A stretch of DNA of 63,969 nt, filler included, from Olpidium bornovanus S191 (taxonomy: Eukaryota > Fungi > Olpidiomycota), in assembly GCA_017911155.1 (NCBI GenBank). It is 31 parts of 31 records of this genome, joined end to end, with 100 filler letters (N's around TTAATTAATTAA, not from the genome) between each part and the next. Parts side by side here need not be neighbours in the genome. Positions count along the whole stretch, not along the records: positions 23,660 to 24,795 come from JAEFCI010011102.1; positions 24,896 to 26,616 come from JAEFCI010009208.1; positions 26,717 to 28,432 come from JAEFCI010009991.1; positions 28,533 to 31,003 come from JAEFCI010002650.1; positions 31,104 to 32,290 come from JAEFCI010000705.1; positions 32,391 to 33,672 come from JAEFCI010002148.1; positions 33,773 to 35,940 come from JAEFCI010009082.1; positions 36,041 to 37,878 come from JAEFCI010004999.1; 23 more parts are not named here. The stretch is one strand, 5' to 3'. This document shows positions 23,854 through 36,345 of this stretch, piece after piece (positions within the stretch are counted from its first letter, which is position 1; every line of letters begins with the position of its first letter). Under the pieces are notes generated by a model. The model searched no databases and was not told the origin of the DNA. It saw nothing but the letters and a program-made list of their open reading frames with translations. The position numbers and the translations under genes were made by a program.

Positions 23854-24735
23854 TCAGCGGTCGCCGTGGCTCAAGTTCATCCAGGTTGCCCACAGGATGT
23901 TCTTGAGCTGCAGCAGGTCCTGCCGCCGGCGGTGCTTCGCGGGGAGCCGCCGGAACTCGCCGGTGATGTTCAGGGCACGACCGACGTGCTCCGGCGACAC
24001 GAAGTCCATCGCCACCTTGACGGCGCTCCGGACGTTGGCGACTTGGTGCACGCAGCCCGCCGGCACGTACACCGCGTCTCCAGGTTTCTGGTAGACGCGC
24101 CAGCCCTGGACGCCGTACTTCTCGTGGAGGCTGCGGCGCTCCTCGTCCGTGAGGTACACGACCTGGTCGTGTATGACGTCGGCCGCTTCCGCCAGGCCCG
24201 ACTTCGACGCGGTGCCGCCTTTGGCGCCCGCCGCCCGCGATCTCGGCTCGCCGCCGGCGGCCCTGCCCGACCCTGGCCTGCCGCCGACCGCCTCGCCCGA
24301 CCCTGACGCGCCGCCGACGGCCTCGCCCAGCGGCTTCCGCGGGATTACTTCCGTCTGCAGAAACTCCCGCAGGACGTCCAGTTTGTCCGCGGGGAAAATG
24401 TCCCAGACCGCGCCGACTTGGTCGCTCTCTCCGTCGTTGTTTTCGGAATCCTCATCTGGACCGACATGAACCATGAGGTTGACGGCGTCGGCCATGTCGA
24501 GGTGCAAGCACGTTGTGCCGACAGAACCGCGGCGCACTGTGGCATCCAGCTCCTGCGCCGCGTACGCGTTGTACATCTTCGGGCCGAGGTCCGGCGGCGA
24601 GAACTCCTTGGGCAGGTACGACACGAGGTTCAGATGGCCGTTCGGCCGGGTGTATTCCGGATAGGGTAGAGCGCTCATGAGGTCCTCGAAATGACCAGGG
24701 AACTTCTCCTTGAAGTGTTGGTCGGTGGGCCAATC
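23854..24735 (-). CDS. JmjC histone demethylase, KDM3/JMJD1 family, last exon
   Basis: DWPT..HF.E.FPGHFEDLMSALPYPEYT..G.LNL, PDLGPKMYNAY, GTTCLHLDMADAVNLMV, GAVWDIF, IHDQ..YL, GDAVYVPAGCVHQV.N, KVAMDFVSPE and EFR.LP..H...D.LQLKNI; the Fe-binding HxD and distal H are present. Confidence 0.92.
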   Translation of the reverse strand, partial: DWPTDQHFKEKFPGHFEDLMSALPYPEYTRPNGHLNLVSYLPKEFSPPDLGPKMYNAYAAQELDATVRRGSVGTTCLHLDMADAVNLMVHVGPDEDSENNDGESDQVGAVWDIFPADKLDVLREFLQTEVIPRKPLGEAVGGASGSGEAVGGRPGSGRAAGGEPRSRAAGAKGGTASKSGLAEAADVIHDQVVYLTDEERRSLHEKYGVQGWRVYQKPGDAVYVPAGCVHQVANVRSAVKVAMDFVSPEHVGRALNITGEFRRLPAKHRRRQDLLQLKNILWATWMNLSHGDR

Positions 24736-24895
24736 CTAGGGCGCACAAAGCAGCCGGAAACCAAAAAAAAAAGAAAAGAAAAGAAAAAAAAAAATNNNNN
24801 NNNNNNNNNNNNNNNNNNNNNNNNNNNNNNNNNNNNNNNTTAATTAATTAANNNNNNNNNNNNNNNNNNNNNNNNNNNNNNNNNNNNNNNNNNNN

Positions 24896-26337
24896 CATGT
24901 CGGCTTCCGGGGGAAGCTTGAGTTTTCCGGTTAGGTGGCGAGCGATCACCTGGGCCTGAATGAGAGAAAAGGCTTAATAATTTACAAAGTTGGCCTGGCC
25001 GCTCCCGCCGCGTCCCACCGCCGCCGTCGGCCCTTTCTCTCTCTCTCTTGTCTCTCTTTCTCTCTCTCTCTTGTCTCTCTTTCTCTCTCTCTCTTGTCTC
25101 TCTTTCTCTCTCTCCCTTGTCTCTCTTTCTCTCTCTCTCTTGTCTCTCTTTCTCTCTCTCTCTTGTCTCTCTTTCTCTCTCTCTGTCTGTCTTTTTCCCC
25201 CTTCCCCCCTCCCCCATACCCTCCCCCCCCAAAAAAAACCGTTTGTTTGATTCCCTTTTTGGCAGGGTTACCTGGTAGTCGAACAGTTCGAAAGGAACGA
25301 CCATGACGGGGAGGCCGACGAAGGACAAGGTGGGGTCTTTCATGTAAAACATCTGCTCCCAGAGGTTGTGGACGCACCACCCGTCCGTGACGAGCACCTC
25401 GTCGTCGTCCGGGGGTGGGGAAGCGTTCTCCGCTCCGGCCGCGCCGCCGTTGCGCTGCAGGCGGTCGAGGAACGGGAAGGAGTACAGGTATCCCGTGGCG
25501 AAGATCACGGCGTCCGGGCGCGGCGTCGCCGTCCCGTCTTCGAACGCGACGTCCCCGGTGTCCGGGTCCATTTCCGCGATCTCGGGCTTCGCGACGACGG
25601 CGGAGCGGCGGGGGCGGTCCCCGGCCGGCCCCGCGGGCTCGCCGGCGTCTGCGCCGCCGCCGCCGGCGCGCGATCGCACGGACCGCACCACCTCCTTCGC
25701 GAAAGGCGCGAGGTCCCTGGCGATGTCGACGGCGCTCGACGCGCCGCCGACGACGAGCACGCGCTTCCCGGCGAAGTCCTCGGGCGCCCGGTACGTCTTC
25801 GAGTGCCGCACGTTCCGCCACCTCTCGGCGTACGCCGACAGGCCCTTGACCGGCGGGACGTACGCGGCGGAGTGGTGGCCGCTGCAGACGACGACGGCGT
25901 CGGCGGGCTCCTCCCAGACCCTGCCCGCGTCCAGGTCGCGCAGAGTCAGAACCCAGCGCGGACGGCCGCGCTCGCCGCCGCCGGCGTCGGGGCCGGGCCC
26001 CGGCGGGCGCTTCGCGACGTCCGTGACGGCGGTCCTGAGGCGGACGTGTTCCTCCAAGCCGAAGCGGCGGGGAAAGCGGCGCAGGGAGTCGAGGACGTCC
26101 TCGTGACCCGGGAAACTCCTGCTCCGGCCGGGCGGGGGGCCGCGGCCGTCGTCGCCGGGAAACGGGAAGTCCGGGACGGCCATGATGGAGGTGGGCAGGT
26201 TGGTCCGGAGGTTTTTGTACATCGGGCCGGACGGCGCGGGAGGGACGGCGGCGGCGGAGGCCGGCGGAGGGGCGGCGACCCGCGGCGTCGCGGACGGGAA
26301 AGCCGCGGGGGGTCCCCTGACGGCGGGACTGTAGATC
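24896..26337 (-). CDS. Flavin-containing monooxygenase (class B FMO), partial at both ends
   Basis: MYKNLRTNLP..IM..PDFPFP, VVVCSGH, HSKTYR.PEDFAGKRVLVVGGASSAVDIA, ATGYLYSFPFL, PTLSFVGLP..VVPFELFDYQ| and a next exon AQVIARHLTGKLKLPPEADM (24955-24896). Confidence 0.9.
25035..25190 (+). repeat. CT-rich 23-nt compound microsatellite (~6.5 copies) inside an FMO intron
   Basis: Repeated tctctttctctctctctcttgtc unit; the 23-aa period seen in the ORF track equals 3 units. Confidence 0.8.
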
Positions 26338-26731
26338 CTGCGACGGAGAGAAGACCAGCCGGTCACGCGCGCAGCAGGCGGAAGAGGTTCCGAGGCGGCG
26401 CCCGGAAGGGTGACGGGGGGGCGGTCCGGTCCGCCGCCCCCCCCCCACCCCCCCCCACACGCCTCGGCCGGGCGAAAAAAAAAAAAAAAACAAACAAAAA
26501 AAAAAAAAAGAGGGAAAAAAAGCTTTCGCAGGGGCGGGCGCGCACCACGTCCCCCCGATTTCTGCGTTCCGGTCGTACGAGGTGACCTCCAGCCTCGGGC
26601 TTCCACCACCTTCTCCNNNNNNNNNNNNNNNNNNNNNNNNNNNNNNNNNNNNNNNNNNNNTTAATTAATTAANNNNNNNNNNNNNNNNNNNNNNNNNNNN
26701 NNNNNNNNNNNNNNNNCCACACACACACCCG

Positions 26732-26774
<43 letters not shown>

Positions 26775-27189
26775 CCGCCGCCTCGGTGCCGCCTGCCCGT
26801 TCCTTCGCCTCCCTCCTTCGACCTTCGAGGTTGCTCCTCCTCTCGCGGGCGGCGAGTTTTCTCGTCAAAGGCAGCCCGGCCAGCTGGTCGGCGCCAGCAG
26901 CGGCAGATCCGCCCCGCCCTTTTCCCCACCCGCCGCCGCCGCCGAGGAAAGGGAAAAAAAAAAAAAAAAAAAAAGTAAAAGGAGAGACCATCCCCTCCTC
27001 CCTCCCCAAAGCGCCGCACGTTTCCATCGGGGCGAACGCTTCTCTCCCCGGCCCCTTCCCCCACTCTCTCCCCGGCCCTTTCCCCCTCCTTCTCTCCCCT
27101 CGCCTGCGCCCTCTTTGGAGGGACGCTGTTTGCCGGGACCGGCGCAAGTTTCGCGGCCACCCCGGGACGTCGACAGCTTTTCTCCTCCG

Positions 27190-28432
27190 ATGGCCGGAAA
27201 CGCGCCCGGGCAGCCGCCAATACCCTCGACGACCGTGACGTCGTCCTCCGCCGTTTCGGCGTCGACGTCCTCCATAACGTCGCCGGTGGAGGGTGCCGTA
27301 CCCCCCGGACCGCCGCCGACGCCCGCCGGGACGTCCACCAACCCCGAAGCTGAGGCCGCGGTCGCTCTGATCCGCAAGCGCATCGCCACGTTCTCGTTCC
27401 TCCGGAGGTCGCACGAGGGACGGGCCCACTGCTTCAACACCGCACTGCTAACGACGGAAAACCTGGCGCCGCTGGCGGAGGGTGTGAAGATTAAGAAAAG
27501 GTAATAAACCCCCCCCCCTTAAAGTGAGAGGAAAAAAAAAAAAAAAAAAGAAAAAGCGACCAGTGCGCCGTGCGGAGAGAAACGTTTTAATTTTTACAGG
27601 GAAGACGTTTGCTTCCGGGTGTTCGCCGAAGTTTATGGAGAAAACGTCTGACTCTACGCCCGCGGTTCTCCAAGGTGCCTGCGCTGGTTCACTTTAGGCC
27701 TCAGCATCGGGGGACTCCTGGATGTTGATAATCACGTGGATTATCTCCGGGCCCTGCTGCTGTTGGTGCAAGAGTACGAGCACTACACAGAAAAGGCTTT
27801 TTCTACAGAAAGGATGGTCAGTTTTGCTCTGCTCTCTCCTTTCGCCGCCACTTTGCCCACCCGGCGCAAGAGGCGCTGTTACGCCGCAGACGCCTGGCCT
27901 GCACAGGAGACGACTGGCGCCACCGCTCCAAGCGTTTACAGATATGCAGGCGAACCACCGTGTTACCCGGTGGCTGACGCGTACCCCGCTCTGTCTTGAA
28001 CAATCTGTAACGTGCACTCGGTCCTGCGCCGCGCAAACGCCGGCTCGTTCGTTCAAAGAAACGGATATTCAGCCGGCGAAGGTCTCGACCTCCGGACAAC
28101 GTGTCAAATCCCTTTGCCGTGCCGCCGATCGTTTCGGACGCCGGCGACTACACGTACCTCGATGTGCGGAACGTGGTACGGAAAAAAACTGGTCCGCTAC
28201 ACGGAGGCTTCCTGTCGTCAGGCCCCGATCTTTCCTAGCGGCGCCTTGGGGGGGGGGGAAGGGTGGGCGTGGGTTCATCGGTGCTGACGTGCGGGCGACG
28301 CAACCGCTACCCTACACGTTCCGCCGTCCCAGGCGTTCGAGCTGGACTACTTCCAGGTCTTATACACGTTGTGTGATATTATGTCCGACGCGTACGCCAA
28401 GATCCTGGAAAGTCCCGCCCTCATTAACATGC
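27190..28432 (+). CDS. Conserved uncharacterised protein (multi-exon, 3' truncated)
   Basis: Spliced reading IRKRIATFSFLRRSHEGRAHCFNTALLT..KIKKR|CLRWFTLGLSIGGLLDVDNHVDYLRALLLLVQEYEHY..|..GDYTYLDVRNV|AFELDYFQVLYTLCDIMSDAYAKI. It resembles an unnamed fungal/protist family I recall only from sequence motifs. Confidence 0.65.
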
Positions 28433-29312
28433 NNNNNNNNNNNNNNNNNNNNNNNNNNNNNNNNNNNNNNNNNNNNTTAATTAATTAANNNNNNNNNNNN
28501 NNNNNNNNNNNNNNNNNNNNNNNNNNNNNNNNCTTCCGCCCCCCCCCCGGACGTCACAGACCGTGGCGAAGGCGTCACGCGAGCAGAGCAAAGTTCACGA
28601 TGCAGGAAATCAACAAAACACCGTGCTTCGGGAGGCGGTGCGCAACCTGGCAACGTGGATCCCCCCCGTCTCATTAATTTGCTGGTTCACGCGGTTTACG
28701 GTGTTCAGCGGTGCGGTCCTTGCACAGCGAGTTCCGTTTTCCTCCTTTTTTTATAAAAAAAAAAAAAAAAATTGCAAACGCCCGGAGTTCTCGTTCACTT
28801 TTTGATGATCGCTGAGAGAGAGCCCACCGAACCATCCATTAAAAAAAAAGAAGAGATAAGAAAAAAAAACCCCCTTGGAGTGCGCAAACGCGGGATTCGA
28901 GCAAAAAAATAAAAAGAAATAAAAAGAAAAGGGCCCCCGACCGAACTCGTGACCTGAAAGGCTCTCGAAAACGGACTGTGTTTTCCCTGCCTACACACCG
29001 CCCCATTCCCCCTTCCCTGCAATTCCTGGGTCACGTCGGCTCTGGCCGCTCGGCCGCCTGTGCGAGAACGGAGTTTGCGGGCCGGGTAACGCCCCGCGGA
29101 GTTTCACGACGAAAAAAAAAAAAAAAAAAACTTCCCTGGAATTTCCCGATTGATCGCGGCCCGTTGTTAAAAGGTGTTTTTCCCTCTTTTCCTTTTTTGT
29201 TTTTTCTTTTTTTTCCTTTTTTTTTTTTTTTTTTTTTTTCCGGCCGGTCCCGGCTCACCGCGTTTTTGTCCGGCTTTTCCGTTCGCGTTCATTTCCTCGT
29301 TTTTTTCGGTCC

Positions 29313-30850
29313 TCATCCCCGCCGCACAAACACGCATCCGCGGCAGGCCCGGTAGTCGGTGGCGGTTTCGGTCGTGCACACCGGGCAGACCCAGACGCTG
29401 TCTCCGTCGGACGTCGTGTACACCAGGATGCCGCCGTCCGGATGTCGCGGCGGCCGCGCGTCCGGCGCCGGCGCCAGCGGCGTCCCGCACATTTCGCACG
29501 ACCGCGCGCCGGCGGCGTTTCCGGCAAAGGTGCAGGCCGGGCACGGCCGGCGGGCGTCCGCCGCGCCGTCCGTCTGCCCCTGTGCTTCGCGCCCGTCCGC
29601 GGCGGCCTGTGGCGGCGGTTTTCGCGCTTCCTCGGGCGGAACGGTCGCCCGCGCGGTCCCGCACACGTCGCACGCCGGCGCGGGACCGGGGTTCCCGGCG
29701 AACGTGCACAAGGGACAGGTCCACATCGGCGACGCGCAGACGGGCCCCGCTCGCGCGTGTCGTTCGGATGGCCCTCTCCGCGACGGCGCTTTGCCGGCCG
29801 CCGGCTCCCCGGCGTCCCTGCTGAAATCCGCGGAATCGCCGGGAGGCCGATCCGGGCGGGCGGTAGAGCACGCCTCGCACAGGACGTCGACGCCTTGGTT
29901 CTTCAGCGAACACGTGCCGCATATCCAGAATGGAGGATCGCCTTCGCCTTCGACGCCGGCGCGCTTACGCCGCTTCGGGCTTCCGGCAGGAGCCGGCGGC
30001 GCCGCAGTCGGGGCTGACGGCGAGAAAGGCGTTCCCTTCAGCTTGTCTGCGCCGAACTTTCGCATCGCCTCCGATCCGGTTACGGCACTTTCAGTTGAAC
30101 CCGCTTTCTCCGTTCCTGCCGCGGGCCCCGCCGCCGCCCCTGCCGCGTTGCCCTCGTCGTCGTCGGGGGCGAACGTGACCGTCCGCCCGCGGTCGTCCTG
30201 TTCCACCTCGACTTCCCCGCCGTCTTCGAGGTTCCCGCACCACAGGGCGTCGTTCGCCCTGCGCTGCGCGGCCATTGCGGCCATCTGCGCGGGCGTGTGA
30301 CGCCGCAGCGTCTCGCGGTCGACGTTCCCGCCGAGCCGCTGCCCACCCGGGCGGGCCATGATGGCTGCCAGCTTCATCCGCTTCTCGGCCGCGGCAGCCG
30401 CCGCGCCGCGCACCTGCGTTGTGGGCACGTTGACATTCCCGAGGCGCGTCCCGTGCGAGTAGAAGCCTTCGCCGGTGTAGCCATTGGCGATGAGCTCTGG
30501 CGGATGCGTCGCGCCCGCCGGGGTGCGGGTGGGGCGGGGGCGGGGGCGGGGCGGGGCGGAAGGGGAAATGGGGAAGGACGGGATGAAGAAAGAAAAAAAA
30601 GAAAAGACGCCCGTCATTCCTTTGCCTGATGTGCACGTTCGGCGCGCACCCGACGTGACGAGAACAGCTTCGCCCAAATCTCCGCGCGACGTGCGCGGCC
30701 CGGAACGCGGTTTGACGGGAGTCAGAAGTCGCCCGGAATCGCCCGGACGTTTATTCGCAAATACCTTCCGTTTCTGCGGTTATCTCGTCCAGCAGCTTGT
30801 AAAACGCCACGTCGTGGGGGCCGTGTTTGATGTGAGTCAGCTCGTGCAGC
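29313..30850 (-). CDS. WSS1: Wss1 (WLM) zinc metalloprotease with four C-terminal RanBP2-type zinc fingers, 5' truncated
   Basis: Exon at about 30850-30765 reads LHELTHIKHGPHDVAFYKLL (HExxH). It is followed by GYTGEGFYS.G.RLG, AAAAAEKR, QRLGG, AAQRR..D..WCG and four C-x2-C-x(10-11)-C-x2-C fingers. Confidence 0.9.
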
Positions 30851-33800
30851 CTGCACGGGCGCTCGATACAGCCGAAAAAAAAAGGCGTTTCGGAATCAGG
30901 GTTTGGCGGGAACAGGCGAGAACTTCAGCAGCCGGCACACCACCCCCCCCCCCCCCCCCCCCCCGGGGGGGGGCCCGGGGGGGGGGGGGGGGGGTTGGGC
31001 GGCNNNNNNNNNNNNNNNNNNNNNNNNNNNNNNNNNNNNNNNNNNNNTTAATTAATTAANNNNNNNNNNNNNNNNNNNNNNNNNNNNNNNNNNNNNNNNN
31101 NNNCCCGGGTCCTTCCCGCCACCAACTCGGACCCCGTTTGCCCTCATGTTCGGACGGCCGGGGCACTGGCCCCGACGGCCGTCCGGTCCGCCCCACTTCT
31201 TTCGCTTCAGCAGGTCTCCGAACGCTTTTCAGGCTGCTCAACGAAGCCGTTCCGGGCTACGCTGGCCCGCCGTACCCGCCAAAGCGTTACCGTAAACAGG
31301 CCCAAATCCCCGCTTCGACGACACTCTCACCTCACTCGTCAAATCTCAAAAACCGGGGACACATCGTGATGTGGAAAAAAAAAACTCCCCCCGTTCGCTG
31401 CGCCAAACAGCAGCCCCGTCTCCGAAAGGCCCCGGCTTGGATCATTCCGCAGCCACTTCCCCCCCCCCCTCCGGGCGGTTCCTGCGTTGTGCTCGATACT
31501 CGTTCTGACCCAAGTCCTTAGAACCGTCCGCTTTTGCCCCATCTCACCTCAAATTCGTGGCTGACCCCCCAACAACGCCCCTTCGGCCTTGCTTTTCAAC
31601 GTGATTCTGCCCCGAGTCCCGAATCCCAGCACATGTAGCTTCTTATGGTGCTATCAGCTTAGGCTCAAAGTTTTTTGGCCCGTACGCCAACCGCTACTCC
31701 TTTCTGAGAAACGAAGATATTTGGAATCTTTTCAATAGGAATTGAAGAGATTGACAAGAGCTACAAACCGTATTGAACGGATTCCGGTAACCTTATTGGT
31801 CGTCGGAGGGTGTGCGGGAGGGAAGCGGCTCGCGAAACCTCGTGCTCGCGCCTTTGGTAGGACGCGGAGACGAAGAGCGTTTGCGGTGCTGGGCCCAACA
31901 ACCTCTCGCGGGCCGCCGCCCTTTTTCCTCTCCCTCTTTCTCGCTCCCCCCCTCCCCCCCTGCCCTCTCCCCGCCATTTACGGACCTCCCGTGAGATTTT
32001 TTTTTTTTTTACCGCCGCGCACGTGATCACCCCTTCCCCCGTTCTTACACCCGCGTAGAAGAACGAGGAACTCGTCATCACAAACGCCGTTATACGTGAA
32101 TTCCTTATTGGACGGCCGTGTGCCGATTGAAAGAACAGGCGGCGAGAGAGACAAGGGCAGCGCAGGCCAGGAGTAATGCTCTTCTGTACTGCGGCAAGGT
32201 TCACAGCGTTATATTCCTCTCCCTCGTCAGGTCTGAGACGGTGCTACAGGTAAGGTGACGAGGGCTGCAAGTGCAGTCGAAGGGGAAAGGNNNNNNNNNN
32301 NNNNNNNNNNNNNNNNNNNNNNNNNNNNNNNNNNTTAATTAATTAANNNNNNNNNNNNNNNNNNNNNNNNNNNNNNNNNNNNNNNNNNNNCATGAATCGC
32401 AGGCGGTATTGTTTCTTTTTTGGTCTGCCATCGGGAATGATGTCGGTTCTGCCTAATTATCTCGCTCGAAATGGACAAAATATAGCATCATAGATGCAGT
32501 TTAGAAAATCGGCGCGCTGGCCGTCGCCGGGAATCCAACGCCGCACGCGGGAGGAAGTGGGAAGTGGGAAGAGCCCGAAGGGCATAATTGTTACGGGCGG
32601 CAGGTTGGCTTCCGGTTTCGGGGGGACGCTTGTCATCAGGCAAATGACGGCGCAGGTTGAGGCTGCCCAACAGGCAATACAGTGTGCAAAACAACGAAGC
32701 ACGATTTCCGGATATTGTAATGCCGTATGTCATTTATTCCCCTTGAAACGCGCTGTGAGTCGTATGATCAACGGCTGCGGAGAGCGAATAGTCTGGAACA
32801 CCTCAACACTATGCGCGTCAACGCGGCTTTCCGCGCACCCACGCCCCCTTCCCCACCGCGAAATTCGGCATGCGCTTGGCAAACAAGCCGGCTAAGGAAT
32901 TCAAGGCGGTTTTGGTTACCTCAACGTTCACCAAATCACTCCCTCCACATCGCTCGCCGAGTCTCAACTGTTGACATAGCCCCGTACTTTCCCCGGGTTA
33001 TGGTCCAAACCCCCAACACAAACACTCCAGGTGTTGTGATCATCATCAAGGCTTGACGCTCGACGACTAGAGGCGACATTGTCAACATAGGGCCACGGGC
33101 CGACCCCTCCTCCGCCAAACGCCCCGCCCACCCCGCCCACGAAAAGCGAGAAACCGCGTCGTGCCCTCTTGTTGCGGGCGCAAAATTCGCGCAGATTTTG
33201 CTCTGCCGTTTTCGTTTTTTTCTCTACCACAGCGACCGAATGCTGGGTGGGGGAGGACGAACAAACCAAACAAAGAAACATTCCCCTTCTCCCTCCCCCC
33301 GAACGCCTAACGAGCTCGAAAAGCAACTCCGCTGTCCACAGAAGGTGGGGAGCGAGCAGCACTTGAAAAAACGATCCCGCGCCGTCTCGATGGTGCGCTG
33401 GAGCGGATATAACGAACCCCCGAATCGCGGACTGCCGGAACCAAACGTAGGATACGTAAAACCTCTCTGAATCTCGTTTTTCTTTTTGTCTGGCAAAAGC
33501 TGACTGTTGTTGGGAATTCGCTGAGTATAATCATCTATTTGTATGAGCAGATGCAACGGGCGATCCGGCTCAGCTTCCTAGAGGCAAACCGTCACTCCCC
33601 TGCCAGCGGCACTTCGGCGCGTGCGCGCCTTTTTAGGGGCGGAGCTCATAACACAATTACTACTGCAGCATGNNNNNNNNNNNNNNNNNNNNNNNNNNNN
33701 NNNNNNNNNNNNNNNNTTAATTAATTAANNNNNNNNNNNNNNNNNNNNNNNNNNNNNNNNNNNNNNNNNNNNCATGGAGGCAACCGGCGTGTTAACTGAA

Positions 33801-33860
33801 AATCCGTTCCGCCGTCAATCGCGACAAAACCAGTCGGAGACGCAGAAACGACCGGGTTAC

Positions 33861-35557
33861 CAGATTTTGATGAGAGTAGGCCTGTCAGTGGAGCGCTTGG
33901 CCTCCTCCACGGCCTTGGCGACGGCTTCCACGTCGTGGTCGCCGCCGTTAACGTTGAGAACCTTCCACCCGTAAGCCTCAAAGCGCTTGCCGACGTCTTC
34001 GGAAAACGCCAGGTCGGTGGAACCTAGAGCACACGGGAAATTTCGTCAGTAAAGTTTCCGCAAAACAGGAAAGGCCAGACGAAAATCATTTTCGCTGAGA
34101 CTTGCCGTCGATCTGGATCTTGTTGTCGTCGTAGAGGCAGATCAGGTTGCTCAACTTCAGGTGGCTGGACGTGAAAACAAAAGTTCAGCTTGACGGGCCG
34201 CCGCTCCGAACTTAAAAACCGCCGCCCAGATTTACCCCGCCAAGGACGCCGCCTCGGACGCGACGCCTTCCTGCATGCAGCCGTCCCCGGCGATGACGTA
34301 GACGTTGCTGTCAAGAAGCTCCAAGTCGGGCTTGTTGAAGCGGGAAGCCATGTGCTTGGCGGCGACGGCGATCCCCACGGCGTTGGCGAAGCCCTGGCCG
34401 AGGGGTCCGGTGCTGACCTCGATGCCGTCGGTGTAGTCGCACTCGGGGTGCCCAGGGGTTCTGCGGTCGGCGAAAACGGAAACGCCTGGTCAAACATGAA
34501 GCCCGCCGTCTCTAGGAATCGTCTGCGGAACCGCTGACTCCAATAGTCGTCTAGGGGGCTGCCGTTTCTACGAATAGTCTGCGGGACCTCCGGCTCTAAG
34601 AATCGCCTATGGAGCCGGAAAGTGCGCCACGCAAGAGCGATCTCCCGGCAAGAGCCCAGTCCTTACGCGCTGTCCACCTGTCGGAACTGCTTCAGGTCGT
34701 CGATCGAAAGGTTGTAACCCAGAAGATGCAGGATGGAGTACTGAAGAGCGCAGGCGTGGCCGTTAGACAGGACGAAGCGGTCGCGGTTTACCTGGAGACG
34801 AAGAAGCAATCGCAGGTCGGGCAAAAAGCGGGTTAGCCGCAGAGCAAAAGAAAAGAAAGAAGAAAAAAAGGGCCGCGCCGTGAATTCCAAAACGTCCGCA
34901 GAAGAAACCGGTCGCTCGAGAGCCGCGGTGTGTGCCGTACCCAGTTCGAGTTGGCCGGGTTGCACCGCAAGAACCGCGAGAAGAGAACGTGGGCCATCGG
35001 CGCGCAACCCATCGGAGCGCCTGGGGCAGATAAACAGAACGGACATCAGCGAGTTCGCCATTCTTTCGCAAAAACAGCAAAAAAAAAAACTATCGCACGC
35101 AGGCAGGCGTCCAGAGACGGTGAGGCAACGGCCCGGCTCTGGACTCAGCGCGTCCCCCGAAGAACAACAGCGCGGGCAAAGGGCGGCTCAGGACGCTCAC
35201 CAGGGTGTCCCGAGTTGGCGGCAGAGACCATGTCCGCAGAGAGGACGCGGATGGCATTGATGCAAAGCTCTGCGGGGTGGGGCGGAAGGAAGTCCGCGGC
35301 AACTGGAGTAAGTTTGACACTCCCGCGGAAGGCAGAGACGGGGAGGCAGACAGGTGGGTGGGAATGCGCTCCGGCCGGGGGTGCGGGGCGCGGTGGGGGG
35401 CTCGGCGCGACGCGCGGGCGGCGGCGGCGTCCGGCCTCGGGGGAAAAGACGGAGAGTGGTTTTTTCCTCCGCGACGGAGTGTGCGTCCCCGCCCGCATCC
35501 GCCGACGCGCCCGCAACGCGCGCACGCACACGCACACTCACGTTCGGTGTTGGTCAT
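33861..35557 (-). CDS. TKL1: Transketolase, N-terminal part, many introns, 3' truncated
   Basis: [100 protein letters not shown] and [14 protein letters not shown]. Confidence 0.96.
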
Positions 35558-35849
35558 GGTGGGCGCCGGGCGTTTGGTGTCGCCGCCGGGTGTGGTGCTG
35601 GGGGCTGTTTTTCGATGAGAAACGGCAAGACTTTTTTTCTTTGTTTTTTTTTTATTTTCTTTTGAGGGGGAAATGCGGGGAGCGAGCGTGTGCGGGGGGG
35701 AAAAAAGAGAAAACCGGCCGAGGAGGGCGCGCGGGGGGGATTTCTCCCTTTATTTTTAATGACGATGATGATGATGATGATGATAAAAAAAAAAAAAAGA
35801 AAAAAACAACAATTCCGCTTGTCCGTTCGTTCCTGTCCTCCCTTTCTCG

Positions 35850-35932
<83 letters not shown>

Positions 35933-36345
35933 CCCGCGGCNNNNNNNNNNNNNNNNNNNNNNNNNNNNNNNNNNNNNNNNNNNNTTAATTAATTAANNNN
36001 NNNNNNNNNNNNNNNNNNNNNNNNNNNNNNNNNNNNNNNNCTCCGAGACGCATCTGAATGCCAAAAAGCACGTCATTTTGTGCGCGACGTTTTTTTTACC
36101 GCTTACCATCGGCAGGCGCACGCGAAAAGTCAGAAGTTCCGACGGATATAAAAGCCGGACGTTTTCTCTTCGATTTTTGAGATTGCACAACTTCGAAATC
36201 CCGGACGTAACGCAAAGTCGTGTAGGTGAGATGCCTTGATTCCCAACGGGAGTTGTTTTCTTCTGGCTCCACTGCGTGCGCTTTGCGAAGGACCCCAACC
36301 GTGCCAGAACATCCGTTTCTCCCAGCTTAAATAAAGAAAGCCACA

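Noticed and set aside
1769-30850. Apparent cluster of chromatin/transcription genes (Rtt109, SUS1, TAF8, Bin3, KDM3)
   Set aside because: Each lies on a separate contig joined by artificial spacers.
31104-33672. Possible small-exon genes (e.g. ELKRLTRATNRIERIP|KNEELVITNAVI; UIM-like YEQMQRAIRLSFLEA at 33539)
   Set aside because: I could not assemble a consistent gene model or assign a family.
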